From: Cyanobacteria bacterium P01_F01_bin.150
GTDB taxonomy: Bacteria > Cyanobacteriota > Cyanobacteriia > CAKZMO01
NCBI GenBank assembly: GCA_039189765.1
Contig: JBCCYL010000004.1
Span: forward strand, 32,001-96,000
Direction of reading: 5' to 3'
DNA length: 64,000 nucleotides
In this document: positions 8,919-18,919 of the stretch, piece by piece
Numbering within the stretch: the stretch's first letter is position 1
How the letters are laid out: each line of letters begins with the position of its first letter
Notes under the pieces: generated by a model
Told to the model about the DNA's origin: nothing
Seen by the model: only the letters and a program-made list of their open reading frames with translations
Database searches by the model: none
Translations under genes and position numbers: made by a program

Positions 8919-11273
8919 CTATCCTTTAGCTACCGACTCAAGGGCTTGTTCCATCAAAATAATTTGGGAGCTTTGAATTTCCTCCCCTTCAGCAGGCTGG
9001 CGCTGTTGATATTGGCCATCCGCTTGCAGTTCCCAAGCCTGGCGGTTATCCTTAAGCATCAGGTCCATCACTTCGTATAACTTCTGAGCGATCGCCGTTT
9101 CTTCAATCGGAGTTACGGCTTCAACCCGTCGATCCAAGTTACGGGGCATCCAGTCCGCACTGCCAATAAAGCATTCAGGCTGATCATTATTTTGGAACCA
9201 AAAAATCCGAGAGTGCTCTAAATAGCGCCCAATAATACTGACCACACGAATATTTTCACTGACATTGGGTAGACCAGGTCGCAAGCAACAAATCCCTCGG
9301 ATAATCAAATCAATTTGGACCCCTGCTTGAGATGCTTCGTAAAGCTTGGCAATCAATTTTTGATCGACAAGAGAGTTCATCTTGGCGACAATCCGGCCCG
9401 GCTGGCCTGCTTTTGTCGCATCAATTTCCCTCTGAATTAAACGATTCATACGATGCCGTAGGCTAACTGGAGCAACCAAAAGCCTGCGATATTCTCGCTG
9501 TTTGGAATACCCAGTCAAAGTATTAAACAGATCCGTTAGATCTGCACCCAGTTCTTTGCGACAGCTTAATAGAGCAACATCAGTGTAAAGTTTTGCTGTT
9601 TTGGGATTATAGTTTCCAGTGCCAATATGGACATAGCGACGGATGCCATCCTCTTCCCGACGAACGACTAGAACAACCTTTGTGTGGGTTTTTAGACCCA
9701 CTAATCCGTAAACCACATGAACCCCAGCCTTTTCTAATTTTCTAGCCCAAATAATATTATTTTCTTCATCAAATCGGGCTTTCAATTCAACCAAGGCGAC
9801 CACTTGTTTGCCATTTTCCGCTGCGGCAATCAGAGCTTTAATAATAGGAGAATCACCTGAGGTTCGATACAACGTCATTTTAATGGCCAGGACTTTGGAA
9901 TCATGAGCCGCTTGGGTAATAAATCGCTGGACAGTGGCCGAAAACGAATGATATGGATGATGCACCATCAAATCCCGCTGCCGAATAAGGGAGAATATAT
10001 CCTCCCTCTCTTCCCCATCCCGTAAGGCACCTGGTAAGTCGCTGATATCAAGCATTTGAAATCTGGGGGGAACAATGGGCGTCCAGGGAGTATCCTTTAG
10101 CTTTGCCAAGGGGATTCTTAAAAAAGACATCATGTCTTTGAGATTAAGCAGACCTGGTAGTTCGTAAACATCACTATTTCGGAGACCCAATTCTTTCATT
10201 AACGTTGAACGAACCAAGGCAGGGGCAGAAGTTTGAATTTCCATGCGAACAACAGAGCCTCCCAAGCGTCTTTTACGTAGCTCCTGCTCAATCGCCAACA
10301 TCAGGTCATCGGCTTCATCTTCCTCCACTTCTAAATCGGAATTGCGAGTGATGCGAAAAACACAATATTCTAAAATTCTCATTCCAGGAAAGAGAAATTC
10401 TAAGTGGTGGGCAATTACTTCTTCTACCGGTACGCCCACCCATAGGGGATTAACCACATCATTACCGTCTTTAGAGACCAGATTAGACACTGGCTCAGAG
10501 ACTGGCTCAGAGACCGGCTCAGAGACTGGCTCGGAGGGCTGTTCAATCGATTGAATAGACTGAAGATGCTCTGGTAGCTGAATAAAACGAGGAGATGGAA
10601 TTTTGACCCGCGCAAAACGTTCGATATCGTTCGCTGGGTCACGCATAACCACTGCCAGATTAAAGCTGAGATTAGAAATGTAGGGGAAAGGATGACCTGG
10701 ATCAACGGCCAAGGGGGTCAAGACAGGAAATACTTCATCTTCAAAATACGTCTGCAGATATTGCTTTTGTTCTGGCCTAAGATCCGCGTAGTTAAGAATA
10801 TGAACACCATGCTTCTTGAGTTCTGCTCTCAACACATCTTCGCAGTGTTGGTGCTGATGAGTAACCATTGGACGCAGCTGTTTACTAATAGCGTCCAATT
10901 GGGCTTGGGGGGTGCGTCCGTCAGGTGTGAGTTTTGAGACAGCAGCCTCGACTTGCTGCTTAAGACCAGCAACGCGAACCATAAAGAATTCATCGAGATT
11001 GGAACTAAAAATCCCCATAAATTTGAGGCGTTCCAGCAAAGGGGTTCTAGAATCAATTGCTTCCGCTAACACTCGACGATTGAATTCCAGCCAACTTAAC
11101 TCTCGATTGAAATAGTAATTGGACTGAAGTAGTTGCTCTGGGGGACTGGGGATGGCCTTATCGCTTAAATTAGATGTTTTTGGGGCTGCTCGTTTTGCTG
11201 TGCGCTTAGCTGGGTTAGATTTGGTTGAACGTCGAGGCATGGGACAATCCGTAGTAACTAGCAACTCGGTCAT
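8919..11273 (-). CDS. ppk1: Polyphosphate kinase 1
   Basis: YFNRELSWLEFN, HHPYHSF, ELKARFDE, GTGNYN, SADWMPRNLDRRVE; true start may be 11240. Confidence 0.97.
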   Translation of the reverse strand: MTELLVTTDCPMPRRSTKSNPAKRTAKRAAPKTSNLSDKAIPSPPEQLLQSNYYFNRELSWLEFNRRVLAEAIDSRTPLLERLKFMGIFSSNLDEFFMVRVAGLKQQVEAAVSKLTPDGRTPQAQLDAISKQLRPMVTHQHQHCEDVLRAELKKHGVHILNYADLRPEQKQYLQTYFEDEVFPVLTPLAVDPGHPFPYISNLSFNLAVVMRDPANDIERFARVKIPSPRFIQLPEHLQSIQSIEQPSEPVSEPVSEPVSEPVSNLVSKDGNDVVNPLWVGVPVEEVIAHHLEFLFPGMRILEYCVFRITRNSDLEVEEDEADDLMLAIEQELRKRRLGGSVVRMEIQTSAPALVRSTLMKELGLRNSDVYELPGLLNLKDMMSFLRIPLAKLKDTPWTPIVPPRFQMLDISDLPGALRDGEEREDIFSLIRQRDLMVHHPYHSFSATVQRFITQAAHDSKVLAIKMTLYRTSGDSPIIKALIAAAENGKQVVALVELKARFDEENNIIWARKLEKAGVHVVYGLVGLKTHTKVVLVVRREEDGIRRYVHIGTGNYNPKTAKLYTDVALLSCRKELGADLTDLFNTLTGYSKQREYRRLLVAPVSLRHRMNRLIQREIDATKAGQPGRIVAKMNSLVDQKLIAKLYEASQAGVQIDLIIRGICCLRPGLPNVSENIRVVSIIGRYLEHSRIFWFQNNDQPECFIGSADWMPRNLDRRVEAVTPIEETAIAQKLYEVMDLMLKDNRQAWELQADGQYQQRQPAEGEEIQSSQIILMEQALESVAKG
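10489..10536. repeat. 4 x 12-bp tandem repeat inside ppk1 (encodes SEPV repeats)
   Basis: ACTGGCTCAGAG units read directly. Confidence 0.9.
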
Positions 11274-11361
11274 TTATGGCAGAGTGCAACGTCATTATAG
11301 AGGCAGTATTTCTTTTGCCCCACAATATGCCTCATACACACCACAGAATTATCATAATTTT

Positions 11362-11442
11362 GGAGTTTCGTTTCAAGACGAAACAAAATTAACGATAGAG
11401 GGAGCGCGACGCGCTTCTACTCCCCGCCTAAAGTTGATACTC
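11362..11442 (+). mobile_element. ~80-bp MITE/REP-like element (subfamily 1)
   Basis: GGAGTTTCGTTTCAAGACGAAACAAAA...GCGCGACGCGC...GCCTAAAGTTGATACTC. Confidence 0.75.
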
Positions 11443-11460
11443 TAATTTTGCAAGGCATCA

Positions 11461-11877
11461 ATGGCATTTTTATATCGACGAAAAATTTACTTTAAAGATA
11501 CGGATGCCGCAGGGGTGGTTTACTTTGCCAATGTTTTGTCCATGTGTCATGAAGCATATGAGGCTTCTTTACAAGCATCAGGGATTAATTTGCGGACCTT
11601 TTTTGGCGATCGCCATCGAGCTATTCCGATTGTGCATGGAAGTGTAGATTTTTTCCAGCCGATGTTTTGTGGCGAGACATACACTATCGATATGGTCCCC
11701 ACATTGGTCAAGCCCAGCGAGTTTTCAATTACGTATCAGGTCTATTCTCACCTTGAACTAAACGAGCAAGCAAGTGCCAAAGCTTGTAGTCGCCACGTAT
11801 GTATCGATCCTTCGACACGAAGGCGACTGCCGTTAGATAACGACATGATGTCTTGGTTGACCCAATATAACTCATAG
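11461..11877 (+). CDS. Hotdog-fold acyl-CoA thioesterase, probable 1,4-dihydroxy-2-naphthoyl-CoA hydrolase
   Basis: DTDAAGVVYFAN..CHEAYE, PIVH motifs. Confidence 0.85.
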   Translation: MAFLYRRKIYFKDTDAAGVVYFANVLSMCHEAYEASLQASGINLRTFFGDRHRAIPIVHGSVDFFQPMFCGETYTIDMVPTLVKPSEFSITYQVYSHLELNEQASAKACSRHVCIDPSTRRRLPLDNDMMSWLTQYNS

Positions 11878-11915
11878 CCCACAGGGAATAGCCCACAGTC
11901 CACATTCATAGGCCA

Positions 11916-11991
11916 GGGTTCCAACGTAAGGCAAAACAATTTTGTGGGAAATGGGAACACGATGCGTCCCCATTTCCCACCTTAAGTGCCC
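11916..11991 (+). mobile_element. ~80-bp MITE/REP-like element (subfamily 2)
   Basis: GGGTTCCAACGTAAGGC..GTGGGAAATGGG..CCCATTTCCCAC-CTTAAGT. Confidence 0.75.
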
Positions 11992-12017
11992 ACAGCTCAC
12001 AGGGATAGAAAATACGG

Positions 12018-12044
12018 AAAAACCCTGGCACGATGGCCAGGGTT
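12018..12044 (-). terminator. Intrinsic terminator (minus strand)
   Basis: AACCCTGGC/GCCAGGGTT stem followed by a T-run on the minus strand. Confidence 0.6.
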
Positions 12045-12349
12045 AGAATGCTGTCAAGATACAAGGATTAAACAGACAAAGTAGACATAAGAAGGTCCGA
12101 AATAAGGTGGACCGATAAATATAAGTTGTTCCGTATAACGCTTAGCGATGTGCTAACCATCAACCTATAAATAATCTACCGTTCCGCTAGTGAAGGGCGA
12201 ATAAATTGGTCGTAAAGCTTTTGCAAAGAAACTTTTTAATAGCCAAAAGCATTGATGTGAGTGAGTTTAAGGGATCTGAGTTTTCACCGAGAGCGCCTTA
12301 TTGCATCCCAGAATTTACGGACTGGAGCATTGTTTACACATCTTTATCC

Positions 12350-13210
12350 TTAACTTGATAGTTCCGCGACAATCGTACGATAGGCATCATTATCCAAGCC
12401 TTTGCCCTGATCTGCAGTGGCTGGATCGATTTGCTCATTGAGATCTTCGATACGGCTACGGGTAGAGGGATGAGTACTCAAAAATTGAGGCGGAGCACCA
12501 GAACTTAATAGTTTTTCCATAAAGGCGGGCATGGCCGAGGGGGCATAGCCTGCTTTGGTGATGTTGTCGAGTCCGTATGTGTCGGCTTCCCTTTCATCGG
12601 AACGACTGTGGGGACGGGCAACACCAAGTTCCACCGCAATATTAACCAATACGCTATCTTCTACCCCTGCTGCCGACATGAGACCTTGAGCGATCGCAGC
12701 CTCTCTCAACTGCTTCACTGAATGGCGACCCACAACATGACCAATTTCATGACCAATGACGCTTGCTAATTGGGCTTCATTATCCGCTGCTTTCATCAGT
12801 CCAGTGGTTACATAAATATACCCACCCATCGCAGCAAAGGCATTAATCGCATCGTCTTCAACCACCTGGAAGACATAGTCGATATTGGGACGCTGGCTGT
12901 GGGGCACTAGGCCATTTCCAATATCTTCCACATATTCAATAATCTCGTCATTATCGTCATACAGCGTAAATTGTCCACCGGGTCCAACCAACTCATCATT
13001 AATTTGAGACCCGAGAGACATTTCCTGACGGTCAGACATATTCGAAAGCTGAATAATTTGCGCCCCTCGAAACAACAGTTCAATCAAGGAAATCGCTGGG
13101 GTTGATTGGGCGGTGCCGACGACTAACCCCAAAGCCACTAAGCTTGAGATAAGGCCGTATACCCAACGGCGATGGCGCTGCCGAAAGAATGTAAAGAGCT
13201 GATTAACCAT
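12350..13210 (-). CDS. M48 family metallopeptidase (BepA-like)
   Basis: INAFA, HEIGH zinc motif, EREAD, FLSTHP; start set at MVNQL. Confidence 0.92.
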   Translation of the reverse strand: MVNQLFTFFRQRHRRWVYGLISSLVALGLVVGTAQSTPAISLIELLFRGAQIIQLSNMSDRQEMSLGSQINDELVGPGGQFTLYDDNDEIIEYVEDIGNGLVPHSQRPNIDYVFQVVEDDAINAFAAMGGYIYVTTGLMKAADNEAQLASVIGHEIGHVVGRHSVKQLREAAIAQGLMSAAGVEDSVLVNIAVELGVARPHSRSDEREADTYGLDNITKAGYAPSAMPAFMEKLLSSGAPPQFLSTHPSTRSRIEDLNEQIDPATADQGKGLDNDAYRTIVAELSS

Positions 13211-13540
13211 TGTTCTACTAATGAGTAAGCGTCTATAAATGACATTTGTTATTAGCCAAAAGTCTGATGGTATGGCAGTCGTCACTTTAATGGAGACATT
13301 AGTGGTGATTGCTTCACTAAGCTAAGCAACCATAATAAATATTTATGTCTTAACCAGAGCGTCTACGACTTAAATGTGGGGGAGGTAGGCCCATTGTAAA
13401 ACCTTCTTTGGAGGAGATGATCGGAGGGATAGCCAATGCAATGAGCTGGCACAGGGGTATAGATGGTATGTCTAATGTTGGCTGATTTATGCTGGTCTTA
13501 ACCTATTCTTATTATTTTTCTGTAACTATCTAAACAGCTT

Positions 13541-13615
13541 GGGTTTCGCCCTAATACGAAATAAAAGCAACGGTAGTGGGGGCACAAAGCGCCTCCACTA
13601 CCCAATATCAACTTG
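13541..13615 (+). mobile_element. MITE/REP-like element (subfamily 1)
   Basis: GGGTTTCGCCCTAATACGAAATAAAA..GGTAGTGGGGGCAC..GCGCCTCCACTACC followed by ATATCAACTT. Confidence 0.65.
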
Positions 13616-13631
13616 AAAGCTCAGATCCGAA

Positions 13632-15608
13632 ATGAAACAGGAGAAGATGCCAAAACCATCACCAGAGGCCGCAGCCTGGTCGAACGGCAAACTAATCGCT
13701 GTAGTATTAGCATGCTTAAGTGTAGGAGTTATGGGTGTGGCAGCCATTCGAGAGGTGACGACGTTTATGGAGAACGCTCCAGTGCTGTTAACCGATCCAT
13801 TTTTGCAACGCCCGACAGAAACCTCTGTAAACATTGTCTGGTTTACCGAATTTCCTGGCGTTGAGCATCGAGTGGACTATGGAGAAACTTTATCCTTTAG
13901 TGTAGAAGCGACAACAACTCAACTAAGCCGCACCCGTGAAGATGAGCAGTCTTATATTGGGACGCAACTCGGCGATGGCAGTATCTACAGTCAACCGACA
14001 TTACGGCCGATTTGGCGGCATGAAGTAGTTATCCCCAATCTCCAAGACCATGTTCAGGGTAATAAACAAGATAATGTGCAAGGCGGTGAGCTTAGCCAGG
14101 GGCAAAACATTCCTTATCGGGTCACAAGCCTCACCAGAGCCGGACGTAGGGCAAGCAGTGATATTTTTGCACTTCAGGCGTTGCCACAGATAGGCCAACC
14201 GCTCAACATTTTATTAACGTCAGATCATCAGTTAAAGGCAATGACCCCTGCAAATACACAGGCCGTTGTCGAAACAGTCGGGCGGGTTGATGCAGTACTC
14301 ATGGCAGGGGATTTAGTAAACATATCCGATCGCGCCTCGGAATGGTTTGATGACAGTCGGGGAAAAGCTTTTTTCCCCGCACTACAGGGGAGAGCAGGCC
14401 CAAAGATTGAGCAAGACGAAGACTCAGCTACTTTTGCCGGTGGAGCATTGATCCAGTCTGCTCCAATTTTTACCGCGATTGGCAACCATGAGGTGATGGG
14501 GCGGTGGTCAATGACTGATGATTTAAACACTCAGTTTAACGATCCGGTGCCGAGGGCGATCGCCCAGCAAAATTATCAATCCCAAGCAGATCGCCTTAAT
14601 CCGGCGAACGATAGTGCTGTTGCCAATAATTGGATGACCAACCAGTCATTTAATACGATTACCTACGATGAAATCTTTTCGTTACCTAAAAACGACCAGG
14701 GGCATTCCAAATACTACGCCGTTACCTTAGGGAATGTGCGTCTGGTAGTGCTTTACATCACCAATATTTGGCGTCCCCCAAGCTTACATGCCAGCACCAA
14801 AGGTCGCTATCGTGAGGCAGATAACGTTCTCCACGATCAGAGTCGTTGGGGCTACGGCCAGCATATTTTCGAGCCGATTGGCCCTGGTAGCAAGCAATAT
14901 GAGTGGCTAGTGCGGGAGGTGCGATCGCCTTCGTTTACAAATGCTAAATACAAACTGGTGATGTTTCATCATCCGCCACACTCCCTTGGTGACAACATCG
15001 TTCCTGCTTACACAGACCCGGTCCAAATGATTGACCGTTTTGAAGATGGCACCATCAAAGCAGTACGCTACGAATATCCTAAACATCAGGATTATTTGAT
15101 GCAACATGTGGTGCCATTACTCGAATCCGCTGGCGTAGATTTGACGTTTTTTGGTCATTCCCACGTGTGGAACCGTTTTGTTGGACCGACCGGCATACAT
15201 TTTCTGGAAAGTTCCAATGTGGGCAATACCTACGGAGCGTTTTGGCGTAATCGAGCGAACGTGGAACTAGATGGCAGTGAGAAAACGGGCAGTGAGAAAA
15301 CGGGCAGTGAGAAAACGGGCAGTGAAAAAAACGCCAATGCACTCAGTGGCCAAGAACGCCGTCATCTTCCCATTGGTTACAGTGAGGACTATGTTCCTTG
15401 GGACGATCCCAACGGATTAGAACCTGTGATGCCTAATATTGCCCCACTGGTAGATGACTTGGGGCAACCCCAACCTTTTATTGCCAGCAATGACATCACG
15501 GTATTCAGTATCTTAAACACTGGTACAGGCTTGGTGAGTAGCTATAGATTTGACACTCGAACACCGGAGCAACCTGCAATTAAGTTTGACGAGTTTTCTC
15601 TGGATTAA
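13632..15608 (+). CDS. Membrane-anchored calcineurin-like metallophosphoesterase (purple acid phosphatase-like N-terminal domain)
   Basis: SDH, AGDLV, GNHE, FHHPPH, GHSH motifs; N-terminal TM. Confidence 0.88.
   Translation: MKQEKMPKPSPEAAAWSNGKLIAVVLACLSVGVMGVAAIREVTTFMENAPVLLTDPFLQRPTETSVNIVWFTEFPGVEHRVDYGETLSFSVEATTTQLSRTREDEQSYIGTQLGDGSIYSQPTLRPIWRHEVVIPNLQDHVQGNKQDNVQGGELSQGQNIPYRVTSLTRAGRRASSDIFALQALPQIGQPLNILLTSDHQLKAMTPANTQAVVETVGRVDAVLMAGDLVNISDRASEWFDDSRGKAFFPALQGRAGPKIEQDEDSATFAGGALIQSAPIFTAIGNHEVMGRWSMTDDLNTQFNDPVPRAIAQQNYQSQADRLNPANDSAVANNWMTNQSFNTITYDEIFSLPKNDQGHSKYYAVTLGNVRLVVLYITNIWRPPSLHASTKGRYREADNVLHDQSRWGYGQHIFEPIGPGSKQYEWLVREVRSPSFTNAKYKLVMFHHPPHSLGDNIVPAYTDPVQMIDRFEDGTIKAVRYEYPKHQDYLMQHVVPLLESAGVDLTFFGHSHVWNRFVGPTGIHFLESSNVGNTYGAFWRNRANVELDGSEKTGSEKTGSEKTGSEKNANALSGQERRHLPIGYSEDYVPWDDPNGLEPVMPNIAPLVDDLGQPQPFIASNDITVFSILNTGTGLVSSYRFDTRTPEQPAIKFDEFSLD
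15273..15332. repeat. 4 x 15-bp tandem repeat (GSEKT) in metallophosphoesterase
   Basis: GGCAGTGAGAAAACG units. Confidence 0.9.
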
Positions 15609-15623
15609 GATGTATTCGCGATG

Positions 15624-16568
15624 CTACGGAGCAGCCTCACGCAGCGCATCAATGTCCTCTCGCTCCAGCGACCAGCCCAAAGCTCCAGCATTTTGCTTCG
15701 CTTGTTCAGCATTTTTTGCCCCTGGAATGGGAACAACGTTGCCCTGGGACATCAGCCAGTTTAGGGCAACCTGGGCCGGGGTGCGGCTATGGGCTTGGGC
15801 GATCACGTCCAACCTATCCAGTAATGGGGCCAGCCGCTCTAACCCACTACTGCTAAAGCGCGGGTCAATACTACGAGCGCCTTTGGGTTTTACGGCAGAA
15901 TCCGGAGAATACTTCCCCGTCAGCAGACCTTGAGCTAAAGGACTATAGGCCAAAATAACAATGCCCAACTCTTTGGCTGCGGCCAACACACCATTTTGCT
16001 CAATCTTCCGCTCCAGCAGTGAATACTGCACCTGATTAACTGCCAGGGGCACGCCTCGTTTGGCCAATAGCTCATGGGCCTTTTTCATTTGGCCTGTGGA
16101 ATAGTTACTGACCCCAACGGCTTGAATCCGGCCTTGCGCCACTTCATCAGCCAGCGCGTTCATCAGAGTGGTTTGACCCATAAAAAAATCGAAGGGCCAG
16201 TGGATCTGATACAGCGCCACGCTGGGCACCTGAAGACGCTTTAGGCTGTCACTCAATGCACTGCTGACTGCATCCGCAGTAAAGCGCCAGGGGAGGGGAA
16301 AATATTTGGTGGCAATCATTACCGGCTGCGACGTCTGTTTCAAAAAGCGACCAATAAGCCGCTCAGATTGTCCAAATCCATAAATTTCTGCCGTGTCAAA
16401 CAGGGTTACGCCTGCCTCCAAAGCAGTATTAAACGCCTGCTGGAGCTGCTCGTCGTTATAGTCTTTGCCATAGCTCCAGAAGAAGCTGTCTCCCCAAGCC
16501 CAAGTACCGATGCCAAGCGCAGGCACCATCGGCCCATCATTGATCAGTTGAACCGTTTGTCCTGCCAT
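15624..16568 (-). CDS. Aldo/keto reductase
   Basis: LGIGTWAWG, DTAEIYG, IATK, GVSNY, AYSPLAQG, PIPGAK. Confidence 0.93.
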   Translation of the reverse strand: MAGQTVQLINDGPMVPALGIGTWAWGDSFFWSYGKDYNDEQLQQAFNTALEAGVTLFDTAEIYGFGQSERLIGRFLKQTSQPVMIATKYFPLPWRFTADAVSSALSDSLKRLQVPSVALYQIHWPFDFFMGQTTLMNALADEVAQGRIQAVGVSNYSTGQMKKAHELLAKRGVPLAVNQVQYSLLERKIEQNGVLAAAKELGIVILAYSPLAQGLLTGKYSPDSAVKPKGARSIDPRFSSSGLERLAPLLDRLDVIAQAHSRTPAQVALNWLMSQGNVVPIPGAKNAEQAKQNAGALGWSLEREDIDALREAAP

Positions 16569-16604
16569 ATTGAATCCCCTAGGTTTCTACTGCTTCTTTT
16601 AAGG

Positions 16605-16638
16605 GGGTGTTGTGGGGTGCTCCGCGCCCCACAACACC
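16605..16638. repeat. Central hairpin of the MITE/REP-like family
   Basis: GGTGTTGTGGGGTGC-TCC-GCGCCCCACAACACC. Confidence 0.65.
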
Positions 16639-16769
16639 ATCAAATCCTTCCCAGCTTAGATAATAGGCTATTAGTCTAACGAATTATGGCTGGGCCAACT
16701 GAAGCGATCGCCTCCCTTTTATCCCCGCAACACCGCTATCGGCCTAAGTAAGACTGAAAAAATAACGAT

Positions 16770-16801
16770 AAAAATGCCCCTGCTTTAACAGCAAGAGCAT
16801 T
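16770..16801 (-). terminator. Terminator of hspA
   Basis: Imperfect stem with T-run on the minus strand just after the hspA stop. Confidence 0.5.
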
Positions 16802-16867
16802 ACTAATTATGCCACTCTAAATGAAAACTACTCTACGAAAATCATCCTAGTAAAAGGCTTTAGTTAG

Positions 16868-17308
16868 TTAGCCAAGATTGACTTTTACAACCTTATTCTT
16901 TTCTTCTTCTGCTTTTGGAAGCGTTAAAGTTAGGATGCCGTTTTGATAATCAGCAGTAACATTTTGGTGGTTAATTCGACCCGGCGTTGCCAGTACTCGC
17001 TGGAACGTTCCGTAGCGAAATTCACTGCGGAGGCTGTCATTTCCTTCGCTGTTGTGCGTTATCTTTCGCTCACCACTAATGGCTACTGAGTCAGCAGTAA
17101 CTTGGATATCCAATTCATCCTTATTGATACCAGGAAGTTCTAGCCTCAATTGATAGCCCTCTTCCATTTCTTCAATCTCTGCTGCGGGGGTATAGCCGGA
17201 AAAAGTTTTCCAGGCTTGAGACGGAGAAAAAACATCATCAAATAAACGATTCATTTCTCGATGTAGGACATCAATTTCACGAGCAGGATTCCAACGAACA
17301 ATTGTCAT
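16868..17308 (-). CDS. hspA: Small heat shock protein Hsp20
   Basis: REMNRLFDD, ELPGI, SEFRYGTFQR, ADYQNGILTLTLPK; AAGGAG SD before ATG 17308. Confidence 0.93.
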   Translation of the reverse strand: MTIVRWNPAREIDVLHREMNRLFDDVFSPSQAWKTFSGYTPAAEIEEMEEGYQLRLELPGINKDELDIQVTADSVAISGERKITHNSEGNDSLRSEFRYGTFQRVLATPGRINHQNVTADYQNGILTLTLPKAEEEKNKVVKVNLG

Positions 17309-17516
17309 AATGTTTATCTCCTTAAATAGATCAATCAACAAATGTTGTTAACTGTTCAAGGACTGTTTATGTCCTCTGTGTGCTTACAGTATTTATAATA
17401 GGATAAGCTCTCTAATTGCTATGTTCGGTTCTCTGGAAAGCTTAATAGGTGATTCCTTTACAAGCTAATTACAAGTTCATCAAACTAGCTTATAACTTAA
17501 GCCGGGAAAGATTGAA

Positions 17517-17559
17517 CGAGTTTCTGGGACGCGGAGCGCCCCAGAAACTCGCCTTAAAA
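17517..17559. repeat. MITE/REP-like hairpin (subfamily 3)
   Basis: CGAGTTTCTGGGACGC-GGA-GCGCCCCAGAAACTCG-CCTTAAAA; related copy at 39357. Confidence 0.6.
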
Positions 17560-17811
17560 TACAAGCCATCAAACCGTCTATTGGAAATCTCTTTTACCCT
17601 GATTTGGCATTGAACGGGGATGGTTATTAAGCAGGCTCACGTCATGATTGAGGTATAGAAGCAAAATAGCTGGTTGACTGACAAAACTATCTAGAATCCT
17701 CATCCTGCCTTGGGTCAGGAAAGCTTGCCCCTACCTTGCCCAAATCCCCTGTAGTGGCGCAGTTTCTGCGCCTAATATTCAAAATTGAGCATTTATTTAA
17801 ATTCCCATTCC

Positions 17812-18732
17812 TTAGCGTTGGGAATCCTTGACAGGCCTTTCCTTCATAAGCTTTCCAAGGGTTTTCTTGCCCTGGACCACCTGATTAATTTGCTCCAATG
17901 AATATCCATCCATAATCAACTCCCGCACATCACATCCGATGCGACTACTAATCGCACCAATCGATGCACCCTTCATTGATTCCGACGAAGAGGGGGATGG
18001 AACAGAGGCATTCACGGACTGTATCGCCTTTTGATAGAGGGCTTGCAATAATCCAATATTGGCAACCCGCCACGGCAGGAGATTCACTACAGCACGTTGA
18101 CTGTCTTTGGCGAACACCACAAACTTGCCTTTGGCATCACAAGCTAATGTGTGGATAGATTGTAAGGGAATTTGAGTTTTATCAAAGGTGAGGCCCGCTT
18201 GACTAAACGCGACATCTCCAAACATTAAAGGCTCTCCAGATTGAAACTGTTGCCAAGTTTTGTCCCACAGCTCTTGGGTGACGATGGTTTCTAAGTCAGA
18301 ACCGAGCTGTCGAATCCGCTTCAACCCAGTTAGATGGACCTTCTGTCCCGACTGTAGAATCAAGTTATAGCGCCAGGAGAGAGGCGGACGGTGTCGCCGA
18401 CCATAGTGGGGCACCTGCCGAATTTCTGCGATCAGACTGAAGGGAATGATATCTCTCTTAATACCTCGATGATAGATTAATCCACTGTCATATACCTCGA
18501 CTTTGAGACTCGCTTCCCACCAGGCATAAATGCCGCTGAAGCATGCGATCGCCCCTAATAATGCAGCAATCGTAACGCCTATGGCACTGGGATTGACCGC
18601 TATGGAAAATCCTGCCAAACAGAAGAGTCCGATCGCCATCCCTCGCATAAGTCCCACACTAGCTGCTGCCGCCGGAAACGTGGAGCGGTAGTCCCCTAAG
18701 ACAGAGTGGTTGATTTGATTCGCTGTTTCCAT
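17812..18732 (-). CDS. Hypothetical membrane protein (2 TM plus PH-like region; DUF6585-like)
   Basis: Two TM helices then VEVYDSGL; GEPLMFGDVAFSQAGL and VANIGLL resemble DUF6585 as recalled. Confidence 0.55.
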   Translation of the reverse strand: METANQINHSVLGDYRSTFPAAAASVGLMRGMAIGLFCLAGFSIAVNPSAIGVTIAALLGAIACFSGIYAWWEASLKVEVYDSGLIYHRGIKRDIIPFSLIAEIRQVPHYGRRHRPPLSWRYNLILQSGQKVHLTGLKRIRQLGSDLETIVTQELWDKTWQQFQSGEPLMFGDVAFSQAGLTFDKTQIPLQSIHTLACDAKGKFVVFAKDSQRAVVNLLPWRVANIGLLQALYQKAIQSVNASVPSPSSSESMKGASIGAISSRIGCDVRELIMDGYSLEQINQVVQGKKTLGKLMKERPVKDSQR

Positions 18733-18919
18733 CTTCAGTTCAATACTTATAGATAAAAAAGGCCAAACATCATAGACGGTCACGGTGGCTCCGCCTATTT
18801 TCCTGAGTATGTCACACCATGTTTGCGGCATTTTAAGTGAGGACTAATTTTTAATAAAATCCAGCATCAATCGGTCAGTGACCTGCAAAAATCAGTCACA
18901 AGACACTGAACAATGGTCT

